Assembly: GCA_951406725.2 (NCBI GenBank)
Contig: OX597828.1
Location: forward strand, 72,912,001-72,976,000
Reading direction: 5' to 3'
DNA from: Octopus vulgaris
Taxonomy: Eukaryota
DNA length: 64,000 nt
Position numbers and translations under genes: made by a program
Part shown: positions 13,587 to 26,931 of the stretch, in pieces
Position numbering within the stretch: the first letter of the stretch is position 1
How the letters are laid out: every line of letters starts with the position of its first letter
Notes under the pieces: model-generated
Databases searched by the model: none
Told to the model about the DNA's origin: nothing
The model's input: only the letters and a program-made list of their open reading frames with translations

Positions 13587-13884
13587 CATATATTCATATG
13601 TATACATATATATATGCATGTATATATATGCATGTATGTGTAATTATGTATATATAAATGTGTATATATATATATGCATATGTATATATACGCATGTATG
13701 TATATATATATATATATATGCATGTATATATATGTATGCATATATACATAGGTATATATATGTATATACATGTATATATATATGTATATATATTTATTTA
13801 TATATGTATATATATATATGTGTGTACATATATGTATATATATATATGTATATATGTTTGTATATATGTATATACAAGTATATA

Positions 13885-13949
<65 letters not shown>

Positions 13950-14317
13950 TATACACAATCTAATCTTAGTATAACTTGGACTTGAATTCGTTTATTATTG
14001 GTCAATTCTATACTTAGTTAATGTTATTTAGAAAAGGACCAAAAACTCACACAAAGAAGTGACATTACGTTGGTTACACTAAAAATATTTTTTAAATAAA
14101 AGTACACTTTGCATGAAATTATATCCAGTAGAGAGAATGGTGCCTTTTTATTTGTATATTCTATCAAAAGTTTCAAAATATACTTCTTTACTTTTGATAT
14201 ACACTCATATAAATTTTATGCTGTTATGATTACGACGTAGAAATGTCTACGACAAATATTATCATGATTTTTTTTCTCAAAATGGAAAAAGTAAATATAA
14301 TTATTACCGTTTTTTTT

Positions 14318-14370
<53 letters not shown>

Positions 14371-14407
14371 GTTATTATTATTATTATTATCATTATTATT
14401 ATTATTA

Positions 14408-14501
<94 letters not shown>

Positions 14502-15605
14502 GTCTATTATTATTTTTATTAATATTGTTAATTTTCACCTTAAAACTTCATTGTTCTCAAATATTGTATTGATATATAATGCCAGCACTTTGTTCTTGTG
14601 CAAAAGTCCTTAGGAAAATGTACATGTCTTCTTTCAACACTTAGTGGACAAAAATAACAAACATTCTGCCAAGAAGCAAATTGCAAATTAACCAAATCAG
14701 AAATATAAAGTAATAAAGATTAAAATCCTGTCTTAGATTCTTCACAATTTCTTGTTGCGTAATTCCATTTTTGCATATTTTTATGAAAATGTAGTGGCTA
14801 GATCCTGTGCTGAAGCTCTGTTAAAAAGAAAAAAAAATAGTTTCATAAAGGGTGGAATGGGTTAATAAATTCATAACTGAAATGCACAAATTCCATTTTT
14901 TTTTTTCAATTTAATTATTTTTTCTTAATTTGGAAATATTAGCACCAAAAGCTTCCTGAGATGCCTTTCTTCGGTATCATGTTGTCGTCTGCCAATGTAG
15001 AAATGTTCCCATTAACTTACGGTATAACCACTGTTTTCTTGTGTGCTTATATGTATATAGGCAGGTAGGTAGATGTACGTATATGTGCACATATGTGTGT
15101 GAATGTATTTTATTCAAAACCAATATTGTTGAAAAAATTCCCAACTTTTCTATGTTGAAGAAAGAAAAAATAAAATTAGAAAAAATGTAAACACTATGAG
15201 TTACATATTCTCCATTAATAAACCAAAAATCTGTCATGAAAAACGTGTTTTTCTTACAACGAAACGAAACTAGATTAGCAACATCAAAATAAATGTTTGT
15301 TCAGTATATTAAATTTTATTCAAGCATTGAAAACTTTGTGATTGTACATGTTATAATACTTTGATCAGTATTAAATTTAGAGTACAATTTTAAACTTGTG
15401 TTTTAGTTAATTAATGGAAAAGACGCGAAACCAGTCAACTGAAATTCGATCTTACCAAGTGTAAAGATTATTATACCTCCATTAACTATAATCGGTTTGT
15501 AATTCTCTTTTTATGCATGCACACATACACACACACACACAAGTACTTCACATGGACACCCACAAACAATACAGCCACACAATACACAGACACAATACAC
15601 ATGAT

Positions 15606-15695
<90 letters not shown>

Positions 15696-15804
15696 GTGTA
15701 TAAAGCAGGTTTATAACTTCTGCTAATATACATATATATAAATGTGGCCATTGATCGATGGTAACGGCATTCCCTAACACGATGCTAAGGAAATGGCATA
15801 AATG

Positions 15805-17568
15805 CTGCAGAAACAATACTGTCTTTAGTGATCTCACTGATATTGGCATAAGAGAAGCGAAAGGAAGTGATTCCCAACATAAAATATCGGACATTACCTT
15901 CACTGCCTCAGACATCATAGCAGCAATAAAGGAGGCCAAATACTATTCTGCTGTAGGCCCTGATAGATTCCCCGCTAGTCTCCTGAAGGGATGTAGACAC
16001 CAACTAGCAGTCTCTTTGACCAACCCCTGGAGAAATTCTTTAGACTCAGGTTATATACCGAAACAGCTCCTATCCCAGTCTGTCATCCTGGTTTTCAAAC
16101 AGGAAAACAGATCCCTCGCATTCAACTATCGCTCAATCTCACTCACCTTCCACATCATTAAAGTGTTTGAAAGAGTGGTAAGGTCAAGGATAGTTGACTT
16201 CCTGGAGATCCACAAACTCCTAAATGCAAATCAGCATGGCTTTCGCTGTGGCATGGAATGTCTAACACAGGCCTTATACCACACTGAAGATATACTTAAA
16301 GCCTTTGGAACAGGTTCGAACTCTGATGTCATATATCTTGACTTCAGTAAAGCGTTTGACAGGGTTGACCATAATAACTTACTCTCAAAATTGGCAAATG
16401 TTGGAATCCGTGAAAAACGCCTACACTGGATTAAGTATTTCCTGGCGAATAGAACACAACATCTTGTAGTTGATGGAGTCCACTGAAGCCCAGCAAAAGT
16501 CACCAGTGGTAACCCCAGTGGGGGTCTTGGGCCCTCTCCGCTTTATAATTTACATAAAAAACCTTACCAGCGTCGTAAATCACTGTCAAGTGAAAATATT
16601 TGCTGATGACTCTAAGCTCCAGCAAATCATCAATGAAGAAGAAGACCGAACTCAACTCCAGTCTGATCTACATGCGGTGAGTCAATGAGCAGACAAAAAC
16701 AAAATGCTACTAAACGAGGAAAAATTTGAGCTGATGCATTTTGGAAGAATGTCTATACCACAACAGCCATACTCTCTTCCTTCAGGGGAACCGCTCACAG
16801 CATCTAATAATATCAGAGAGCTATGTGTAATTGTTCATAACAATCTCAGTTGGAGTGCCCACACCAACAATAAGGTCGATATAGCTCGTAGGATGAGCAC
16901 CTGGATCTTAAGAACCTTCCGGTCCAGAGAACAAGGTGTCATCATTCCGCTTTTCTCCTCCTTTGTACGGCCACACCTCGAATATTGCTGCCCCTCGTTG
17001 TCTCCCCATGCAAAACAAAACATCTGGAAAATTGAATCACCCCAGAGGGCACTCAGTAAACGAATTGAAAGCATGACTGATCTTGATTACTGAGGCCGCC
17101 TTAAAGCCTTGAAACTCTACTCTCTCCAGCGCCGCCGCGAGCGATGCATCATTTATACAATGTGAACAATATACCGCCAGCATTGCCCAAACGACCTGAA
17201 CATTAGTTCACCCAAGGCTAGAACCAGGGGCCATACGTCCCTTTCCCAATTCCAGATCACAACATATAGGTACACTGCGACACTATTTCTTTTCCTCAAA
17301 AGGTCCTGCCTCTTTAACATTGTCCCAAAACTGATCAAAGAGGAAAAGGATCCCATCACCTTTAAACGAAGTCTGGACAGATTTCTTCAAGGAATACCAG
17401 ATAGGACACTCATACCTGGATACAACGCACGCAACAAGAACCCACTGCTTGAATGGACCCTAAACAAAACTTAACTTAAAATGGATTTAGATAATCCTAT
17501 CAGGTGGTGCTATTAAGGTAGACATGGCCTGGAACAATCTTTGGTCGAAACATATCTGAGGTTATCTG

Positions 17569-17572
<4 letters not shown>
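15805..17572 (+). mobile_element. 5'-truncated CR1/jockey-group LINE (reverse transcriptase pseudogene)
   Basis: RT motifs GPDRFP, NYRSISLT, QHGFR, YLDFSKAFDRVDH, LGPL.F.IYI, FADDSKL and VRPHLEYC across frameshifted ORFs. Ends in (ATCTGAG(G)TT)2. A matching 3'-end fragment is at 57876-57942. Confidence 0.92.
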
Positions 17573-17611
<39 letters not shown>

Positions 17612-17644
17612 TTACAGAGAGATAGAGAGCGAGAGAGAGAGAGA

Positions 17645-17778
17645 AGGCATATAACTCAGTGGCTAAAGGGTCGGGTTCACAATCATGAGGTAGTGAGTTC
17701 GCTTCTTAGGCCGAGCTGTCTGTTGTGTTCTTGAGCAAGTCCCTTTAGTTCACATTGCTCCACTTCACTCAGCTATAG
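17645..17778 (+). mobile_element. tRNA-derived SINE head (CORE-like), truncated
   Basis: taactcagtggctaa (A box), gagttcgcttc (B box), gtgttcttgagcaag. Confidence 0.65.
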
Positions 17779-18225
17779 AAAGGTCAAAGCTAGTTTAACT
17801 AAAAATGTTTAATTTGAAGTGAGTAGAGCACACTTTGTTTAAAAAATAGTGTAGGACATATTTGATAATGTAGTTCTTGATACATAAAAGGGCACAGACG
17901 GGTAAAAGTATCTGGTCATCGATCTCCTGGATCAGAGGTGACTTGTAGCTAAACACCAACCACTCAAACGTACACACAAATGTAAGTCGGATATCAATAG
18001 TTTTAATAATCCTAAACATTTTGTTGGGTTTTATGAGTTTACTGGATCAGGGATGACCTAATGTTAAATAACAACAACGAGTGAGCGTCTATATGGTCGC
18101 TTGACTTTCTAAAAATAGCAGCTAAAAGCTTTTCATGTCACAACCTGGTGACTTCGAAATGAATGGACTCATTGATTAGCATAACCGATGATATGTTCAA
18201 TGTGAAACGGTACAAAGGGGTGAAT

Positions 18226-18459
18226 TAAGGCAGCGAGCTGGCAGAAACGTTAGCACGCCGGGCGAAATGCTTAGCGGTATTTCGTCTGTTGTTACGTTGT
18301 GAGTTCAAATTCCGCCGAGGTCGACTTTGCCTTTTATCCTTTCGGGGTCGATAAATTAAGTACCAGTTACGCACTGGGGTCGATGTAATCGACTTAATAC
18401 CTATGTCTGTCCTTGTTTGTCCCCTCTGTGTTTAGCCCCTTGTAGGTAATAAAGAAATA
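18226..18459 (+). mobile_element. Full-length tRNA-derived SINE family B with 17-bp TSD
   Basis: TSD ggtacaaaggggtgaat at 18209-18225 and 18460-18476. A and B boxes present. The central gtcgactttgccttttatcctttcggggtcgataaattaagtacc resembles the Meta/MESC SINE domain (recalled, not searched). Confidence 0.9.
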
Positions 18460-19962
18460 GGTACAAAGGGGTGAATCACAGGAAGAACGTTTCTGATTAT
18501 ATGTTTATTCAACCAGAGCAGATGTGAACTAAACAACAACAGCAGTAGCAGCAGCGGCGGCGGCAATAATCATAACAAGTTTACAGATGTAGACTAGATC
18601 CTAGTGAGAATACAACTTGTCCAGGTTGGACCCGTAAAATAGAGGTTCATCTGGGGCCAAGGTACATACTTGCCTTTTGGTTTGGTGTGTTTCCCAAAAT
18701 TGAAATTCTCTTATATAAGTAGACGTTTTCTCAGATTCCAGGAGCAAGCCGGGCTTGAGAGTCTTGTCCCCTCCTTGCACGCACTCGTCTCTCGTAAGCT
18801 TTGGTGGAAGGTTTCTTATAGTACAAAGAGTACGGTTAACTATTCAACGTCGATGCGAGTAACTTCTGCAAGTAGTAGCGAACAACACAACGAGAGATGC
18901 TGCACGTTTCAGTATGCCTTATATGTTGACGTCTGCAACATGGCAAGAACTGCTTATTGCAGATTGCACCATGGGATCAACTACTACAATTAGTTATATG
19001 TAGCATAGTAGTGACTACTGCGTTCACAGTGTGGAGTTTGAAATTAATTACCCTGTGTTGGCGGTCAGGTCCATTCGTAATTATATATCTGACGCCGCCT
19101 CAAGCTAATCCATTAATAACCTCTGTGCCATGCCTCTGGTCTGCGAGAGATGACCTGGCGATATAACAATAAGAACAGACTAAAATAACACTAAAATAAA
19201 TAGCCGTGACTTGAGACTATTTATTGGAACTAAAACAACAGGAAAATATGATAATGGATTCTAAGTAAGTCAGAAGTCCCACAGTTTTGAAAGGAGGAAG
19301 ATTGAGGATGAAATCGATCCATCGCTCGACTGATGCATTTTATATTAGACATCGGAGGGACGAAAGGCGAAACTGAGTGGGAATTGAACTCAGGATGCAA
19401 TAAGCAGGAAGAAATTATACTTAAAGACAGTTTTTCGAACGCGCTAATGATTCCACCAATATGAAGGACAAGCAACACTAACAACAACAACGACGATGAC
19501 CACGACACAACGTCGAGGCATTACAAATAGAAATAGCCGAACATAATGGCTAAATAAATCGAGATTAATGTTACATAGATTATCTTAATAAGCCATACTA
19601 ACTACTGTCGAATATAACACACACCAATAATTATTACTGATCAAGGGAAATAACTCTCATACACATTTTTAAAATGCAGTTTTCAAGGGAAATAACTCTC
19701 AAACTTTTGTGAGGTTACCTCCCTTTAAATTTAGTTTCCATCAAATCTAGTTTCCATCAAATCTAGTAACCATCGTTCCAACGAACTGAAGAGGATGCTG
19801 TTCGATGAAATACGTAAAGATAAACCATGTTGTTCTGTGTAGTGGAACAATCAAGATGTATTACACTTGCTGCGGTGACCAAGCGCTTTCTGCATCTTCG
19901 CAGATCTTCGTGGTGGTCAGAAGAGAGGCGGGCAGATGGACTCTACCTGCTAGAGTGACAGT

Positions 19963-20302
19963 TACTCTTTTACTCCTTCATTTGTTTCAGTCATTTGACT
20001 GCGGCCATGCCGGAGCACCGCATTTAGTCGAGGAAATCGACCCCCAGGACTTATTCTTTGTAAGCCTAGTACTTATTCTATCAGTCTATTATCGGTTGTC
20101 AAGCGATGTTCGGGGAGAGACAACAGACAAACACACAAACATACACACAAACATACACACACATACATACATAGACATATATACGACGGCCTTCTTTCAG
20201 TTTCCGTCTACCAAATCCACTCACGAGATGCCATGCAGTGGGAATGAACCCGGAACCATGTGGTTGGTAAGCAAAATACTTACCACACAACCACTCCCAC
20301 GC
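19963..20302 (-). mobile_element. SINE family C with internal deletions
   Basis: Reverse complement of 48852-49295, with gaps. Confidence 0.8.
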
Positions 20303-20689
20303 CTCTGATATATAAGTTGTTTATATTTACATTGAATTAGTGGCGTTAATTCGAGCACAACGTTTACGGATTCTGTGATGTTGCAACCGTTCCTGTTCGT
20401 CTTCCCGACCCCTACCTCACCCCCTTCTCTTTTTCCTATTCTTTAACGATTCTCTGGGAATAAAACGGTATTTTCACATGGCTGTCGTGATGCGTTATTG
20501 ATGAATCTGATTGTACGAAGGTGATTTCTGCGCTGTTATGACAGATCTGTCGTGTTTCACGAACCGTTTCCGCCGCTTCTGTACCTGGTCTCCTATTTTA
20601 AAGTGGTTTTTCATTGTGTATGAGATATCTGCCGGTAGTTAACGAGTGTGACTTATGTGCAATCTCTGATGTGCCCAGTTGTTGTTGTC

Positions 20690-20697
20690 CTTGTTGT

Positions 20698-20730
<33 letters not shown>

Positions 20731-20910
20731 CGACGATGATGATGATGATGATGACGACGATGATGATAGTGGTGGATGGTGGTGGTGGTGGTGGTGGTGG
20801 TGGTGGTGGTGGTGGTGGTGGTGGAGGTGGTGGTGGTGGTGGTGGTGGTGGATGTGGTGGTGGTGGTGATAGCGATCATGATGATGATGACGACTACAAC
20901 GATGATGATG
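20690..20910. repeat. (GAT)n/(GGT)n microsatellite
   Basis: Direct inspection. Confidence 0.95.
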
Positions 20911-21544
20911 TTTAGCCACAGATCAATCCTACTCCATTTGACTGATCATCAAAAGCCTTCCATTCATGACCATCCCATCAATCGTTTATGTTCGGGGGGA
21001 ACTTTGTCTACTATTTCTTGTAGGTCGAGCACTTACAGAGAAGCTCCCACCTTGTCTCCTTTGATATCTTTCGTCGTTTATTTTAATTTCTTGTATAAAT
21101 GCTGGGGAGCCAGGATAGACTTGTACAGTCCACCATGGCCCTTACATATCGTTTATACACATTTGATGTTTGTTTGCTAGTCAAAATTCAGCACTAATGA
21201 GGATATGAGGGTTCCGTGCTTGTGCGTCCCTTTTATTTCTTTACTGAATCTCTTAATATTTGCTGTGAATTTCGTGGAAGTGTTGTATGTAGCTCCTATT
21301 ATTTGAGTCTCCTGTGTTGTCTGGTATGTTGAGTTAATGTTGTGGCTTGTAAAGTTAGTGTTGTGAAACAGTTATGTTAAGTGTGATGGTTGTTTGTATT
21401 TGATGCTGTCTTGTGTTCATGGTAAGAAAAGAAACAGTGTAGTTAATAACTGCTACATCAAGTCTGCTGTTGTGGTGTCAGGTCTTTAAAATTATTTATA
21501 CAGAGCTGCGGTAATTGTGCACGACTCTACCACAACGTAACATC

Positions 21545-22385
21545 AGATGAAACGATGAGCCTATATGAGCAGAAGACTATACCTGGATATGTTAGTAGAG
21601 AGCTCCGTGATGGTGGTAAGATCGATCATCAAAGCAGTTTCTCATGGACCAATAACCGGATTACTGCCTCTCACTTTGAATCCAGGAACAGGAAATATCG
21701 ACCAAGTACCTGATGCACAAAAGGGATAGAGATGCAGGAAAATGTGACAACCGATTCACACTGATCATAATCGGTTGTCCGAAAATATCATCACGGTATT
21801 ATCTAGCGATGAGACAAGATGTTGTGGCTAGGACACTATACAATGAAATCTGTCGGCAGATAACTCTTAGGACAAAGAAATAAGAACCCACAGTATATTA
21901 GAAGCCATAGCCACTCTTAATAAAACGGATTACTGGTGAAGTGTCCCAGTCAAGACCTCAATAAAATGCAAGCACAACAGAGCTGGTATAATGATTTGGG
22001 ATACAGAAGAGAAACTGTGCACAATTGTGGAAATTAGCTGCCCAGCGGATGCTAATATAAAACTGAAGATCAGTGAAAAAGACAACACCTACGCTGATCT
22101 ATTGAGAAATCTGCAGTTACTCTATCCAGATTACAAATTCAGGTTTATACCTGTAATTATTGGGGCCCTGGGATATGTAATACACTGCTTAAATACCAAT
22201 CTTGAGAAATTAAGCTTCTCAAAACCAGAAAGGAGAAAGCTGATTCGAAGACTACAGATCCAATCCATCACTGGAACTGTAAAAATCTGTAAAACTTTCC
22301 AGAAGTTTATCATTTTAATATATATCAGCATGTCTAGATATGTAACTATATGCATGAGAATATATACATAAAACATACAAATCTG
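21545..22385 (+). mobile_element. 3' fragment of an R4/Dong-like non-LTR retrotransposon (restriction-like endonuclease domain)
   Basis: IWDTEEKLCTIVEISCP...EKDNTYADL...IPVIIGALG matches the REL endonuclease C-terminus also seen at 41674-42690. Followed directly by (TACA)n. Confidence 0.75.
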
Positions 22386-22476
22386 CACATACATACATAC
22401 ATACATACATACATACATACATACATACATACATACATACATACATACATACATAAATACATACATACATATATAT

Positions 22477-22593
22477 ATGCAGGTAGCTTATCCCGTTCCC
22501 CTCCGACTTTTAGGTCATGTAATTGAAAAAAAACCGCATTACATATGGGATGAGCCAATATATATAAAAGTCGGAGGGGGACGGATAAGCTAT

Positions 22594-22650
<57 letters not shown>

Positions 22651-22680
22651 TATATGTATATATATATGTATATATATATG

Positions 22681-22714
<34 letters not shown>

Positions 22715-22746
22715 TATATGTATGTATGTATGTATATGTATGTATG

Positions 22747-22778
<32 letters not shown>

Positions 22779-22932
22779 TGTATGTATGTATGTATGTATG
22801 TATGTATGTATGTATATAGCGTATCCCGTCTCCCTCCGACTTTTATATATATTGGCTCATCCCATATGTAATGCGGTTTTTTTCAATTACATGACCTAAA
22901 AGTCGGAGGGGAACGGGATAAGCTACCTGCAT
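22477..22932. repeat. Nested inverted repeat: two inverted MITE-like units of about 120 bp around a microsatellite
   Basis: 22477-22596 is the near-perfect reverse complement of 22813-22932. Each unit has its own TIR of about 27 bp (agcttatcccgttcccctccgactttt / aaaagtcggagggggacggataagct). Confidence 0.85.
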
Positions 22933-23379
22933 CAACTTGCTGTAAGAGCAGAAAGTAATTTTACGTTGAACTTATACTTAGTGTACTTAGCCGGCAGCTA
23001 ACGTTTGAAGTCATCTGTCATCGCATGCGCTTCGCGGTCAATCAAACACAGCATCAATCCTCGGTTGATACAATTCCCCTCTCTCATCTGGAACACCTTT
23101 TTTTTTCTGTGTTGCTTCGTCTAGCTTCGTTTCTCGGAGGTATGTTTTCGCATTTTTTCGTCACTGGGTGCAACTTATTGGTAACTTCTTGTTTTAGAAC
23201 CAGCTTTAACATTCGGTCGCTTGCAGAAAGTCGACAAAGAGTGACATGACTGCAATTATCAATTAGAGTTGAGACTGTATTGATCCACGACCGCCTTCTT
23301 TACGATTAGATCTGTGTCTGGTTTTGGTTGATGCATCCGTTGCATTGCTATCAGGCTTCGTAATTTGACATCAACTCTG

Positions 23380-24070
23380 TTGATCACAAATAGGGACCAG
23401 TTTATAATATTCCAGCTCTAACTCATTACAAGCGTTTTACACCCTCACTTTTGTTTCTCTCATTCAGCTGCTTTCACAATGAATCTTACATTTCGGTACC
23501 ACTCCTAATTTACATTTTCTCTCATTAGAAAGTGTTTAACATTGTTTCCTTCACACACTCCTAGATACTAATAACTACCCTGAGGTTCTAATTATTCTAA
23601 GTCGGTGTCTCTATCTAGGTTGATACGACATGTATTTGATAGTTTCCCCTTGGTAATTGTAGCCTTGGGGGGAATTTATGAAGACTATATTCCATTTTGA
23701 TATTATCACTAAATTGTTTGAGTGTGTAGGAGTTGTTGGTCATTGTTTTGCGGATAGTTTCAAGTCATGCAGAGATGGCTAAGCGTTTCTCCATACACTT
23801 TGTATCCACAATTTGTTTGATTCAGGAGTATAAATACAGAAAAAAAATGCTAAGCATAATAGCAAAGGAGATAATGACTCCCCTTGAAGGATTCCATTAT
23901 CGGTATGGAATTGTTTTGCGTTTATATTTGTAGCATCAGTGTTGAGAAGACCGCTTTTAGGGAGCTTCATTGCGTGAGATACAAGATTCCTGATTACTGG
24001 TGAAATTTTCTATCTCTCCATGCATTCCTTTCTCCAACTGGATGAAAGACTGCCAAATGCCTTCTTGTTT
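23380..24070 (-). mobile_element. Degenerate R4/Dong-like RT fragment
   Basis: Minus ORF 23779-23970 contains GILQGESLSPLLLCLA (RT GIxQGDSLSP motif). Flanks are decayed. Confidence 0.65.
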
Positions 24071-24379
24071 AACATTATTACTAGCAGAGATACCCGGTGT
24101 TGCTCGGGATTAAAATGGCATTGTTTGTATATATAATACAGCTACGTTGAAACTGGTGATACTGGAAAGTGCAGTATTGTGGAGTAAATGAAGGGCTAAT
24201 ACGACTAAGCGACATGCCATGCGCCCGTTTGGAGTATTCCGAACCCTAACCTGTCATAGAAAATTTGGAGTGGGAGCATGCGATTTTTGAACGCACCGAA
24301 ATGCTGTCAGTGGATATACTCTCCTTTGCGGGACCCATCGTCTGAAGTTTTGATACCCACTTCGGGTTTGTTGTCCTAT

Positions 24380-24950
24380 ATCACTCATAAAGTAAATTTG
24401 GAGGAACTATGGTTGTTCATTTGTGGGTAATAGGGAACCAATGAGGTGGTAGATTTGCCCTTGAACTTTGAACGTCGGCGTAAATCCATGTTCGTCTTTC
24501 TTTTTAGATGCACCAAACGATACCATTTGAAACGTAAAGTGATATTGTCTGATATTGTTCAGAAATTTCCTTTGACTGGATGGAAGTGCCTTCCAGAAGA
24601 TCCATATGAGGTTAAAGAGGAGCTGGTAGTGCTGGCAATCTTATCGTACCGCCTGAGCAGCGCATGCCATTAGTTTCATGTGGAAATTTTAAAGCTTTGC
24701 AGAAATGACAATTTAACACGGCAATTTGGACAAACTTATCATGTTTATAAGAATAGGGTCGATCATATCTGAAAGCGGCTCCAGAAGTTGTGAAGAACGA
24801 ATTTGTATGTGGTCTCTTTCTGAGAGCCATTCTATTGGATCGCTGTCCACTCATTAAAATGTTTTAATGATGCAGCATTAAGTGCTGCAGCATGCATTTG
24901 TTGATCTTGGGAAAGTCTCGGCTCCCTTCTCTCTTGGGACTCAGCACATG
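24380..24950 (-). pseudogene. Helitron Rep/helicase N-terminal (Zn-finger) region, disrupted
   Basis: CHFCKALKFPHETNGMRCSGGTIRLPAL ... FLNNIRQYHFTFQMVSFG ... GFTPTFKVQGQIYHLIGSLLP ... FLQIYFM, with stops and a frameshift. Confidence 0.85.
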
Positions 24951-25240
24951 ACCTTGAAGGTGGGGCCCAGTTAGAATTTTCTTCAGGTCGAGTAGCCCAT
25001 CCTACTCAAAAGGTCCTTGAATAAGGGTCGTTTAAGGATGTTCTGTTTCGGAGGGCTTCCGGGTCAGGTACTATCATGGATCTAGAAATCCCTTGCCTGT
25101 CGGTAGTATCGGGGAGCGCTGCCAGTTCGAGATAAACTCTAGAAGCTCGGAAATGCATCCAGATGGGACAGCGCAAGATGCGCGTTAAGAGACGAAATCG
25201 TTCTGGACGCATTCGTACAGTGTCCGAGTATTGCTGAATC

Positions 25241-26280
25241 GTGGAGATATGTCGAAGTCGAATAGCTGCTATGACATGTGGGAGATATGTCGAAGTCGAA
25301 TAGCTGCTATGACATGTGGGAGATATGTCGAAGTCGAATAGCTGTTATGACATGTGGGAGATATGTCGAAGTCGAATAGCTGTTAGGACATGTGGGAGAT
25401 ATGTCGAAGTCGAATAGCTGTTATGACATGTGGGAGATATGTCGAAGTCGAATAGCTGTTAGGACATGTGGGAGATATGTCGAAGTCGAATAGCTGTTAT
25501 GACATGTGGGAGATATGTCGAAGTCGAATAGCTGTTATGACATGTGGAGATATGTCGAAGTCGAATAGCTGTTATGACATGTGGGAGATATGTCGAAGTC
25601 GAATAGCTGTTATGACATGTGGGAGATATGTCGAAGTCGAATAGCTGTTATGACATGTGGGAGATATGTCGAAGTCGAATAGCTGTTATGACATGTGGGA
25701 GATATGTCGAAGTCGAATAGCTGTTATGACATGTAGGAGATATGTCGAAGTCGAATAGCTGTTATGACATGTGGGAGATATGTCGAAGTCGAATAGCTGT
25801 TATGACATGTGGGAGATATGTCGAAGTCGAATAGCTGTTAGGACATGTGGGAGATATGTCGAAGTCGAATAGCTGTTATGACATGTGGGAGATATGTCGA
25901 AGTCGAATAGCTGTTATGACATGTGGGAGATATGTCGAATAGCTGTTATGACATGTGGGAGATATGTCGAAGTCGAATAGCTGTTATGACATGTAGGAGA
26001 TATGTCGAAGTCGAATAGCTGTTATGACATGTGGGAGATATGTCGAAGTTGAATAGCTGTTATGACATGTGGGAGATATGTCGAAGTTGAATAGCTGTTA
26101 TGACATGTAGGAGATATGTCGAAGTCGAATAGCTGTTATGACATGTGGGAGATATGTCGAATAGCTTCTTTCACATGTGAGAGATATGTTGAATAGCTGC
26201 TATCACAAGTGGGGTATAAGCAAGTCGAACAGCTGTTATCACATATTTGGGATATATGTCGAATAGCTGCTATCACATGA
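25241..26280. repeat. 38-bp tandem array (about 24 near-identical units plus about 3 degenerate)
   Basis: Unit gtgggagatatgtcgaagtcgaatagctgttatgacat, head-to-tail with no spacers. Some units are 31-bp variants. Confidence 0.95.
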
Positions 26281-26883
26281 TGGTTTCGATTATCAGCCGA
26301 ATCCACCGTGAGGATCGTTCCACCATCTATATTTTAACAAGACAGGGCAGATAATATTCCTCTATCTAATGGCTATGGCGAAAGAGCTTGTGTGTAGCAC
26401 GTGGTTAAAATGATTGAGGAGAGACACCTTCAATTTCGGTCAAACCCTCATCGACATTTCTAAGTTCCACTTGGATAGATAAGTGAGGATGTAGTGGTAA
26501 AAGCTACCACCCAGTGAGTTTGTGAAAAGATGTGAGGCAAAAATGGTTAGAGTGATCTTTCTCTTGGCATGTACCTAAAAATTTGAAAATATGAAAGAGG
26601 GTTCGTGCCTTTGTTGGTTAGAGTAATCCCGGGTCTGTAAGATTCTTTGATTGGCTCTCGTTGGAGTTTCTCCGGGATCAGGAGGACTGCTTCATTCATG
26701 TTATCTCATACTTTATATATTACGTATACTTATATTCGCATTTCACCGCCTTTTCCATTTCTTTCTCCTCGACTTTCATGTAAACCCCGACACAAAGATT
26801 GTTGTCTGCCCTTGTGATGTCCCCACCCATCCTTTTCCCCTGCCAAATAAAAGAAATCACCGCCACCACCTGCACCACCAAAC

Positions 26884-26931
<48 letters not shown>

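Noticed and set aside
16602-16612. CTGATGA hammerhead core (also at 40384 and 12968 minus)
   Set aside because: 16602 is the FADD codon string of the LINE RT; the others lack a compatible GAAA/helix III/helix I arrangement.
25241-26280. CRISPR array
   Set aside because: Units are contiguous with no unique spacers, there are no cas genes, and the context is eukaryotic. The 38-bp period and stop codons also exclude a coding repeat.
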